Assembly (NCBI GenBank): GCA_018302765.1
Contig: JAGVZG010000013.1
Location: 1-21,653 of the forward strand
Direction: 5' to 3'
Source of the DNA: Candidatus Woesearchaeota archaeon
Lineage (GTDB): Archaea; Nanobdellota; Nanobdellia; SCGC-AAA011-G17; GW2011-AR18
Length of the DNA: 21,653 bases
This document shows, in pieces, positions 1 to 6,751 of this stretch. Made by a program: the position numbers and the translations under genes. The notes under the pieces are model-generated. The model was not told where the DNA came from and did not search any database. It saw nothing but the letters and a program-made list of their open reading frames with translations. How positions within the stretch are numbered: the first letter of the stretch is position 1; the number at the start of each line of letters is the position of its first letter.

Positions 1-1
1 A

Positions 2-100
2 TCACCTAAGGAAGCGCAGACTGTAAATGGATATAGCTTAATGGCTTTATTAGTTTCATTTGCTATTCTTTTTGCTTATTATTTTTGGAACAAAAAATAG
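2..100 (+). CDS. Partial CDS (3' end only): C-terminal membrane anchor of an upstream protein
   Basis: Manual translation of frame 2 gives SPKEAQTVNGYSLMALLVSFAILFAYYFWNKK-stop (TAG 98-100): a hydrophobic helix plus basic tail. Not in the ORF track because it is truncated by the window edge. Confidence 0.6.
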   Translation, partial: SPKEAQTVNGYSLMALLVSFAILFAYYFWNKK

Positions 101-105
101 AAAGC

Positions 106-113
106 TTTTAAAA
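106..113 (+). promoter_or_regulatory. Archaeal TATA box with BRE-like GAAAG for rpoL
   Basis: GAAAGC-TTTTAAAA with 21 nt to the ATG at 135, the same spacing as other genes here; suggests a leaderless mRNA. Confidence 0.6.
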
Positions 114-134
114 TATTAGTTTGTTGCAAATTGC

Positions 135-407
135 ATGGAAATTCAGACTTTGAAAGAAGATAAAGATTTAATTGAGCTGAAAATTATTGGTGAAGGGCAC
201 ACTTTGTGCAACGTTCTTAGAAGTGAATTATCTGAAATGGAAGACATCTCTTTTGTGAGTTATAACTTAAAACATCCTTTGGTTAGTTCTCCTGTCTTAG
301 TTTTAAAAGCTAAAAAAGGCAAGCCCAGAAAATTACTTCTTGATTGCATACAGTCTTTAAAAGATAAAACTAAGCAGTTGAAAGCATTATTACCTAAACT
401 TAGTTAA
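135..407 (+). CDS. rpoL: DNA-directed RNA polymerase subunit L (Rpo11)
   Basis: 90 aa with IIGEGHTLCNVLRSEL and VSYNLKHPLVSSP motifs typical of RpoL/Rpb11. Confidence 0.95.
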   Translation: MEIQTLKEDKDLIELKIIGEGHTLCNVLRSELSEMEDISFVSYNLKHPLVSSPVLVLKAKKGKPRKLLLDCIQSLKDKTKQLKALLPKLS

Positions 408-408
408 T

Positions 409-416
409 TTTATATA
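409..416 (+). promoter_or_regulatory. TATA box for the 439 gene
   Basis: TTTATATA, 22 nt before the ATG at 439. Confidence 0.5.
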
Positions 417-438
417 ATGTTCTTAATTATTGAATTAG

Positions 439-1893
439 ATGGGTAAAAGAGGAAATAGTTTTATTGTTTTTTTGTTTTTAATTATTTTATTTATTTTGTT
501 TTTTGTTTTAAGATCTATGAATTTTGTAGGAAATACAGGATATGCTGTTAACAATGGAGGCCTTACTGTCAATGATGTTTATTTTGTGAAAACTGATATT
601 TTGGAAGACAGTTCTTTTAGAATTGTAGAAAATGCAACTGAATTTTACAAAGGAGATGTTGTAGGGTGTTTGTTTTTTTATGACCTTACTGAAGGCTCTA
701 ATGCCACTCTTAGTATTGGTTTTTACTCTAAAGATAAAATTATAGATAATCCTGATGTTTTGTATTCAGATATTTTGAATATAGAAAGTGACTATGTTTT
801 TTACAATGAAAGTGCAGGCATAGCTCTTTTTGAGGCAAGCGAATATAAACCAGGTTCTTGGAAGTGTTTTGCTTTGTGGGATAGCTCTAATAAAATATCC
901 AATAAAATTGATATGAAAAATAGAGCACCAATTCTAAAAGAACCTGTTCCTCCCATTTCTTTAGACATTGAAGGAAATTATTTAGGTGAAGGTAAGCTTG
1001 ACTTGAATAATTTTTTTTCAGATATTGAAGATGATAAGCTTATTTATGGGGCAGTAGGCCAGATTAACATACAGATTTTTGTTGATGAAAATGGAATTGT
1101 TGCTTTTAGTAATCCTAGCAAATGGGAAGGCTATGAATCTATTTTGTTCAGGGCTTATGATGGAGAACTAGGTACTTTTAGTAATAATATTACCATTAAG
1201 GTTGGTTCTGGAACAAACCAGTCTGGTCAAGCAGGCTGTGTTACTGTTTGGGATTGTAATTGGGAAACTTGCGTTAATGGAAAACAAAATTGTGTTTATT
1301 TTGATAGAAATAATTGCGGCAGTGATATTGATAAACCTGCAAATTTAGTAAGAGAGTGTTCTTTGTCGCAGCCTCAACAATCACCTAATGATGCGTCTAA
1401 AGTTATAGGTGGAGACTTGAAGAATTTTAATGCTAATGTTCCTGTAACTATAGATACAAAAAGAGTTTTATTAATATTGGGATTAGTTGTTTTAATTCTT
1501 TTAATAGTTAGTCTTGGAGGCTACTTGTTATTTTCTTCCAGGAAAAAATCTTCTCAAACAATTAAGGAAAGCAAAAAAGAACCTGAGAATGTGAGTTCTG
1601 GCCAGGTGAAAGTTGAGCAGGCTAAAACTGAGGGAAGTATTGGAAACATTAGCGAACTAAGGAATTATATAATTAGTGCTTTAAAGCAAGGACAGAAAGA
1701 AGCTAAGATAATAATAGATTTGCAAGCTTCTGGATGGAAGAAAGAGGACGTAGATTCAGGCTTGAACTATGCCAAACTTAAAATTTTTGTTGAGAAAAAA
1801 TTAGCTCAAGGAATTAACAAGGATGAAATAATTTCCACTTTGAAAAAAAAGGGCTGGAAGGACGAAATGATTAAATCTATTTTTGAAAAGTAA
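439..1893 (+). CDS. Membrane-anchored surface protein: N-terminal TM, cadherin/Ig-like domain, small Cys-rich TSP1-like domain, TM, duplicated cytoplasmic helical motif
   Basis: TM at aa ~8-25. NRAP...LDLNNFFSDIEDDKLIY...FRAYDG is cadherin/Ig-like (919-1203). CVTVWDCNWETCVNGKQNC...DRNNCG...KP...C is the Cys-rich part (1237-1359). Second TM VLLILGLVVLILLIVSLGGYLLF. Two LxxxI/V...G...I...L...GW repeats at the C-terminus. Confidence 0.8.
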   Translation: MGKRGNSFIVFLFLIILFILFFVLRSMNFVGNTGYAVNNGGLTVNDVYFVKTDILEDSSFRIVENATEFYKGDVVGCLFFYDLTEGSNATLSIGFYSKDKIIDNPDVLYSDILNIESDYVFYNESAGIALFEASEYKPGSWKCFALWDSSNKISNKIDMKNRAPILKEPVPPISLDIEGNYLGEGKLDLNNFFSDIEDDKLIYGAVGQINIQIFVDENGIVAFSNPSKWEGYESILFRAYDGELGTFSNNITIKVGSGTNQSGQAGCVTVWDCNWETCVNGKQNCVYFDRNNCGSDIDKPANLVRECSLSQPQQSPNDASKVIGGDLKNFNANVPVTIDTKRVLLILGLVVLILLIVSLGGYLLFSSRKKSSQTIKESKKEPENVSSGQVKVEQAKTEGSIGNISELRNYIISALKQGQKEAKIIIDLQASGWKKEDVDSGLNYAKLKIFVEKKLAQGINKDEIISTLKKKGWKDEMIKSIFEK

Positions 1894-2160
1894 TTATATT
1901 TTATTTGCTGTTATTTTTGCAATGTTTTCCAGAAAGTCAATGCCTGCATAACCAATTATTAAGTTTAGAAGGTGATTTGTTGTGAGACTTAATGATGTTA
2001 TCATGCCAATTACTGAAGATATTATTAACGTTGTAATTAAATATATTATTTTGAATTTTTTTGTCTTTTTATTTATTCTATAATATTTTATTAAACCTAC
2101 AGCTGCTCTTATAGCTCCACCAAATAATCCAAATAGCGCAGCTATTATTATTTCAGACAT
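1894..2160 (-). CDS. Small multi-TM membrane protein, holin-like architecture, function unknown
   Basis: 88 aa, about 3 hydrophobic helices, GLFGGAIRA and IIGYAGIDFLE motifs, basic loop. Its stop codon abuts the stop of the convergent 439 gene. Confidence 0.7.
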   Translation of the reverse strand: MSEIIIAALFGLFGGAIRAAVGLIKYYRINKKTKKFKIIYLITTLIISSVIGMITSLSLTTNHLLNLIIGYAGIDFLENIAKITANKI

Positions 2161-2182
2161 TTTTAGAAAGTGATTAATTATC

Positions 2183-2190
2183 TTTATATA
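2183..2190. promoter_or_regulatory. Candidate bidirectional TATA box
   Basis: TTTATATA on + and TATATAAA on -; exactly 22 nt to the ATG at 2213 (+) and 22 nt to the ATG at 2160 (-). Confidence 0.6.
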
Positions 2191-2212
2191 GTTTTAGATT
2201 TGTGATTTCGGA

Positions 2213-2788
2213 ATGAGAGATGTGACTTTTATAATAAAAAGATTGTGGAATTTTATATGGAAAGAAGATAGCTTATTGAGCTGGGTTGTTAATATAATTC
2301 TTGCTTTTGTAATTGTAAAATTTATTATTTATCCTGGCCTGGGATTTATTTTAGGTACTTCATATCCTGTTGTTGCAGTTGTCTCTGGAAGTATGGAACA
2401 TAGTGGATATAACTTTGATGACTGGTGGGCATTAAATAGTATGCTGTATAAAAATTTTAACATTAGCAAAAACGATTTTTCAAGTTACAGGTTTAAAAAT
2501 GGTTTTGATAAAGGAGATTTAATGATTATAGTGGGGAGTGATAAAATTAAAAAAGGAGATGTTGTAGTGTTCAGAGGATCTCATGGAGAGCCAATAATAC
2601 ATAGAGCTGTGCTAGTTGACGAAGAAGATGAGAAATTCTTTGTTCAAACTAAAGGCGATAACAATAAAGCTTCTAGAGATGATGAGCTTAACATAACAAG
2701 TGATAGAATTATTGGAGTTGCTAAATTTAGAGTTCCTTATCTAGGATGGTTTAAATTAGGATTTTTAAGTCTAATAGGAAAAGCATAG
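2213..2788 (+). CDS. sec11: Signal peptidase I, archaeal Sec11/SipW type (S26B, Ser-His dyad)
   Basis: N-terminal TM, VVSGSM catalytic Ser box, GDVVVF, PIIHR catalytic His box, TKGDNN, and a VPYLG C-terminal motif. Confidence 0.93.
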   Translation: MRDVTFIIKRLWNFIWKEDSLLSWVVNIILAFVIVKFIIYPGLGFILGTSYPVVAVVSGSMEHSGYNFDDWWALNSMLYKNFNISKNDFSSYRFKNGFDKGDLMIIVGSDKIKKGDVVVFRGSHGEPIIHRAVLVDEEDEKFFVQTKGDNNKASRDDELNITSDRIIGVAKFRVPYLGWFKLGFLSLIGKA

Positions 2789-2815
2789 ACTTTTTGTGAA
2801 TTTTAATGGAAACTT

Positions 2816-2849
2816 TTTTAAAATAGTTGTTCTGCCTTTAATCTGAGGT
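2816..2849 (+). promoter_or_regulatory. TATA box and Shine-Dalgarno-like motif for tfs
   Basis: TTTTAAAA at 2816-2823; GAGGT at 2845-2849, 7 nt before the ATG at 2857. Confidence 0.45.
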
Positions 2850-2856
2850 ATAACAA

Positions 2857-3147
2857 ATGTTTTGTCAAAAATGCGGAAATTTAATGATGCCTAGAGACGG
2901 TAAGATGAAATGCAGTTGCGGCTACATTCAACAAGAAGGAAAAATAAGTGACAAGAAGAAAAAAAGTGAAGAGATTGCTGTTGTGGAAGAAAAAGGAGTT
3001 GAAATTCTACCAAAGATGAAGTATGACTGCAAGAAATGCGAAAATACTGAAGCTTATTTTTGGACTTTGCAAACCAGAAGTGCCGATGAGCCGGAGACAA
3101 GATTTTTTAAATGCACTAAGTGTTCAACAGTTCATCGTGAATATTGA
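2857..3147 (+). CDS. tfs: Transcription factor S (TFIIS/RpoM-like transcript cleavage factor)
   Basis: Two zinc ribbons (CQKC...CSC; CKKC...CTKC) and the canonical QTRSADEPET acidic hairpin. Confidence 0.95.
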   Translation: MFCQKCGNLMMPRDGKMKCSCGYIQQEGKISDKKKKSEEIAVVEEKGVEILPKMKYDCKKCENTEAYFWTLQTRSADEPETRFFKCTKCSTVHREY

Positions 3148-3151
3148 AAGA

Positions 3152-3159
3152 TTTATATA
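3152..3159 (+). promoter_or_regulatory. TATA box with BRE-like GAAAG for the 3182 gene
   Basis: GAAAGA-TTTATATA, 22 nt before the ATG at 3182. Confidence 0.55.
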
Positions 3160-3181
3160 GATGTAATGGAGTTAAATTAAT

Positions 3182-3667
3182 ATGGTATTTGAAGGAGAGG
3201 TGATTCCAGGAGTAACAAATTTAACTAGTTTTGTACCTATAATAGCTTTAGGAATTATTCTTGGTTTGTATGAATTAATATTAATTCACAGAGATGAAAA
3301 TTTTAGAGGAAGTCACTGGTTAGGGCATGGGTTTCACTCAGTTTTTTTTATGTTTATCGCTTTGTTTTTTGTTTTTAATACTGAATATTTTTTGAATATT
3401 ACAGGATTAGCTGAAAAGGGATGGCCATTTATAAGCAATCCTTGGGCCGTCAGAGTGGTAATTGGTTTGATACTTAATATTAAAATGCATGTAACTTCTG
3501 CAGTCATAAAAGGCGGATTGAGGGGGAGCATGACTGGTGGAATGGCTGAACATTGGACACATACTACTATAGTTTCTGTTTTAGTTATATTAGCTCCTTT
3601 ATACTGGCCTATATTGGCTACATTTTTGCCTGAGTGGGCTGGCGGTACCACTTCTAATGCAGGCTAA
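3182..3667 (+). CDS. Histidine-rich integral membrane protein of unknown function
   Basis: 161 aa, about 4 TM segments; His at 36, 45, 49, 52, 103, 124 and 127 (HWLGHGFH, EHWTH). Confidence 0.85.
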   Translation: MVFEGEVIPGVTNLTSFVPIIALGIILGLYELILIHRDENFRGSHWLGHGFHSVFFMFIALFFVFNTEYFLNITGLAEKGWPFISNPWAVRVVIGLILNIKMHVTSAVIKGGLRGSMTGGMAEHWTHTTIVSVLVILAPLYWPILATFLPEWAGGTTSNAG

Positions 3668-3693
3668 CTTCAATAAGATTTAATTTTTTAATT

Positions 3694-3857
3694 TTAAGCA
3701 GGTATTTTTTTAGAAAGTGGAATTTCAATATCTATGAATTGACTTTTTCTTTTTGTAAAATTAAATATGGCATAGCCTGCAATTTTGCCTGTTTCTTTAT
3801 CTATTATTTCCATATAGTTTTTTTATTTCTTAAGTATGAATCTTTACATTTTTTCAT
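3694..3857 (-). pseudogene. Probable DUF2283-like fragment (truncated or frameshifted)
   Basis: 3813->3694 encodes MEIIDKETGKIAGYAIFNFTKRKSQFIDIEIPLSKKIPA (39 aa), resembling the C-terminal half of DUF2283 proteins. An upstream mini-ORF from 3857 (MKKCKDSYLRNKK) joins it by a one-base shift in an A7 run (T7 at 3818-3824 on +). Confidence 0.4.
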
Positions 3858-3916
3858 TATTGTGGTTTTTTACTTTTTTATTATTACGATAAAGTATAAA
3901 TTAAAATAGACAAAAC

Positions 3917-3924
3917 TTTAAATA
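3917..3924 (+). promoter_or_regulatory. TATA box with BRE-like element for pcn
   Basis: GACAAAAC-TTTAAATA, 21 nt before the ATG at 3946. Confidence 0.6.
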
Positions 3925-3945
3925 TCCACAGTTTGTTTTTTATTT

Positions 3946-4692
3946 ATGAAATTAACATTAACAGAGCCAAGATACTTAAAAGACAGCATTTTGATAATTT
4001 CTGAGTTAGTAAATGAAGTTAATTTAAAGCTTTACAAAGACAGAGTAGAACTTGTTGCAATGGATCCCGCAAATGTTGCCATGGTTGTGTTTAAACTTTT
4101 GGGCAGTGCATTTGCTGAGTATAATATTGATGAGGAAAGAACAATTGGCGTTAATTTAATTAATCTTACACAAATACTTAAAAGAGTTAAGCCAACAGAC
4201 GTACTTACTTTAGAGCTTGATTCAAATAAAAATAAACTTTATATTACATTGAGGGGAGTAACTACTAAACGTTTTGAACTTGGTTTGCTTGATATTGATG
4301 ATAAAGAACATAAAATACCAAATCTTAAATTTACTGCCAAAGTTGAAACTAATACACTAATGTTTAATGATGCTATTGAGGACATGGATATTATTGCTGA
4401 TAGCTTAAGTTTGCAGGCTGCAAATGACAGATTTGTTATACAGAGCGAGGGAAATATAAGCAGTGGGAAAGTTGAGATTGGAGCTGATGATGAGACAAAT
4501 ATTCAGTTATTACAGTCGGGCGTTGCTTCCAGATATTCTATAGAATACTTAAAGAAAATAATAAAGGGAAGCAAATTAACCAATAAAGTTGTTTTGGAGT
4601 TTGGCCAAGATTATCCTTTGAAAGTAGAATATCATATTCTGGATAAACTTGCCCTGCAGTTTGTTTTAGCTCCAAGAACACCAACAGAATAA
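3946..4692 (+). CDS. pcn: DNA polymerase sliding clamp (PCNA)
   Basis: 248 aa with ISELVNEV, AMDPANVAMV, IGVNL, SRYSIEYLKKIIK, FGQDYPLK and FVLAPR motifs. Confidence 0.97.
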   Translation: MKLTLTEPRYLKDSILIISELVNEVNLKLYKDRVELVAMDPANVAMVVFKLLGSAFAEYNIDEERTIGVNLINLTQILKRVKPTDVLTLELDSNKNKLYITLRGVTTKRFELGLLDIDDKEHKIPNLKFTAKVETNTLMFNDAIEDMDIIADSLSLQAANDRFVIQSEGNISSGKVEIGADDETNIQLLQSGVASRYSIEYLKKIIKGSKLTNKVVLEFGQDYPLKVEYHILDKLALQFVLAPRTPTE

Positions 4693-4717
4693 TAAATCAG
4701 TTTTACTTTATTTTTCT

Positions 4718-5350
4718 ATGAAAATTACTTTTGCTAATTTTTTAATTGTTTTGATTTTGTCTTTACTGCTTTGTTTTACTATTATTTCTTTTAGTTTTTT
4801 AATTGTTGTTTATGACCTTGATTTTTACAGGTATGAATTTACTAAAAGTGGCGTTTATGATAATTTTAGTAATGGAACTTATGTAGACTCTATTGCTAGT
4901 AATTTAATTGGTTATTTTTATGGCAAAACTGATTTATTCAATATTTACACTGAAAAGGAAGCAGTACACCTCCATGACGTCAAGAACATTATTAATTATT
5001 TTACAATATTGTTTTTCTTATCTTTTTTTATATTGGTTATTGTTCTTTCATATTTACATCATTTAAATTATAAGTACTTTGGGTTTATTTTTATGTTTAG
5101 TTTTATTTTCTTGGCTTTTATTTTATTTTTATTGATTGCTTCTTTATTTTTAGACTTTGAATATATATTTGATGGATTTCATAGATTATTTTTTACCGGA
5201 GATTCTTGGATTTTAAGCAATGATTCCCTTCTTATTGGCTTGTTTTCAGAAGGTTTCTTTTTTGATGCATTAGTTAGGGCATTATTTTATGCCTTTATTT
5301 TTAGCTTTTTAGTATTTTGTTTAACTTTCCGATTTAGAAAAATAATTTAA
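4718..5350 (+). CDS. DUF1461/TIGR01906-family membrane protein, similar to lipoprotein intramolecular transacylase Lit
   Basis: 4-TM layout with EAVHLHDVK (H84, D87), FDGFHRLFF (H155), DSWIL and LLIGLFSEGFF motifs characteristic of this family. Confidence 0.75.
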   Translation: MKITFANFLIVLILSLLLCFTIISFSFLIVVYDLDFYRYEFTKSGVYDNFSNGTYVDSIASNLIGYFYGKTDLFNIYTEKEAVHLHDVKNIINYFTILFFLSFFILVIVLSYLHHLNYKYFGFIFMFSFIFLAFILFLLIASLFLDFEYIFDGFHRLFFTGDSWILSNDSLLIGLFSEGFFFDALVRALFYAFIFSFLVFCLTFRFRKII

Positions 5351-5372
5351 ATATGAATTAAGCTTTATAATT

Positions 5373-5972
5373 ATGGGGTTTTTTGAGAAATTAGCTGAAA
5401 ATAAATCTATTATATTATTTATTCTTATTTTAGATATTATTGGGGTATTTTTTTCTGCTTATACTTATCGTTATGATATTTTGATTAATATAAGTATAGG
5501 GGATTTTTTCATAATTCCTTTTTTCATGGTCAGCTTTTGGTTATTTTTCCTTTCTGCTTTGTGTTGTTTTTACTTGTATAAAAGTAGGAAATTGCCTTCA
5601 TTTTTAGGAGGTTTGTCTTTTATTTATTGTTTTGTTTATGGTTTTGGTTCTGTATTGTTTTATCCTTTGTTTATGTTTTTTGTAAGAGGTGTAACTCTCT
5701 ATCATGTTTGGAATATTTTTGCACATGGATTTGTTGGCTTACAATCTTTGATTTTTATTAGACATGTAAATAAGTTTAAGATTTTTCACTATTTGAGTTT
5801 TGGATTTATTTTTCTATTCAAGGATATTTTGGATTTATTTTACAGTGGGTTTTTGTATTTTGTTAATTTTATTTTTCCAGATTTTTTGAAAACTATAATA
5901 ATATTTATAATTGGCGCTTTGCAGATTGTTGCTTTTTACTTGTTATTTGTGTCTGACAAAAGACTTAAATAA
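5373..5972 (+). CDS. Divergent DUF1405 (YpjA/LhaT)-like polytopic membrane protein
   Basis: About 6 TM. The motif order ILDIIG, YG, AHG..GLQ (H118, Q124), FH, KDILD (D151, D154) parallels YpjA as I recall it, but the usual PDSP motif is replaced by PFFM. Confidence 0.55.
   Translation: MGFFEKLAENKSIILFILILDIIGVFFSAYTYRYDILINISIGDFFIIPFFMVSFWLFFLSALCCFYLYKSRKLPSFLGGLSFIYCFVYGFGSVLFYPLFMFFVRGVTLYHVWNIFAHGFVGLQSLIFIRHVNKFKIFHYLSFGFIFLFKDILDLFYSGFLYFVNFIFPDFLKTIIIFIIGALQIVAFYLLFVSDKRLK
5964..5971 (+). promoter_or_regulatory. Candidate TATA box for module 1 (overlaps the end of the upstream gene)
   Basis: GACAAAAGA-CTTAAATA, 21 nt before the ATG at 5993. Confidence 0.4.
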
Positions 5973-5992
5973 CTTCAAATTTTATTATGGAT

Positions 5993-6751
5993 ATGCAAAA
6001 AAGAGGCCAAGTTAGTGTATTTGTTATTATTGGTTTAGTTATTATTGCTGCCATGATTTTTGTTTTTTTTCTCTTTAGAAGTTTTCAGGAAAAAGCAAGA
6101 GAAATTACAAACCCACAGGAATATTTAAAGTCACAGATACAAGACGTAAAGAAGGCTGTAGTTAAGTGCATAGGAGATGAATCTGAAGGTGCTTTAACTA
6201 AACTTTCAATGCAAGGAGGACATCTTAATCCAGTTAAATATATAAATTATTATGACAGTAAGGTTACTTTTTTATGTTATAAAGTTAAAGATGATGAACC
6301 CTGCTATAATTTTATGTTTACTAGGATGGAAATTGAGGATGAGTTGGGGCCTTTATTGAAAAAGAATATCAAAAGTTGCGTTGATTCAAGTTTAAGTCCT
6401 TTTAGAAAAAAAGATTATGTTCTTAGCACTGGAGATTATGGTTTTGATTTTGTTTTTAGTGATGAAGCACTTCTTGTTATTTTAGATTATCCAGTAACTT
6501 TAACCAAAAGTAAAATTATTGAGATACAAAATGAATTTAGCAGTAATGTCAAGACTGATTTTTGGAAGACTGCAGTTTTGGCTTCTTCTATAGTTAATTC
6601 TGAAGCTAGGGGTGAAATTGTTGATTTGGTTAAGATAAGTCCTAATAATTTGTACTTTGAAGTAGGAAGAAGAGTAATTACAGGTGGTAATTTATATATG
6701 ATAATTCCTAGAAATGGAGGCCAGACTTTTTATTTTGCTGTGGAAACATGA
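5993..6751 (+). CDS. Module 1 small protein: class III signal peptide (type IV pilin-like) protein
   Basis: MQKRG/QVSVFVIIGLVII leader, 4 conserved Cys, QGG motif, C-terminal FYFAVE. The ORF track starts at 5987; 5993 fits the TATA spacing. ATGA overlap with the next gene. Confidence 0.85.
   Translation: MQKRGQVSVFVIIGLVIIAAMIFVFFLFRSFQEKAREITNPQEYLKSQIQDVKKAVVKCIGDESEGALTKLSMQGGHLNPVKYINYYDSKVTFLCYKVKDDEPCYNFMFTRMEIEDELGPLLKKNIKSCVDSSLSPFRKKDYVLSTGDYGFDFVFSDEALLVILDYPVTLTKSKIIEIQNEFSSNVKTDFWKTAVLASSIVNSEARGEIVDLVKISPNNLYFEVGRRVITGGNLYMIIPRNGGQTFYFAVET

Noticed and set aside
2213-2788. Signal peptidase dedicated to the giant proteins
   Set aside because: It is an ordinary housekeeping-type Sec11, 3 kb away with its own promoter; there is no evidence of specificity.
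2857-3147. Possible inhibitory TFS paralog (TFS4-like)
   Set aside because: The catalytic ADEP acidic pair is intact, so this is a normal cleavage factor.
2891-3651. Antisense ORFs 2891-3100 and 3334-3651
   Set aside because: They lie wholly opposite tfs and the His-rich gene and have no recognisable motifs; shadow ORFs.
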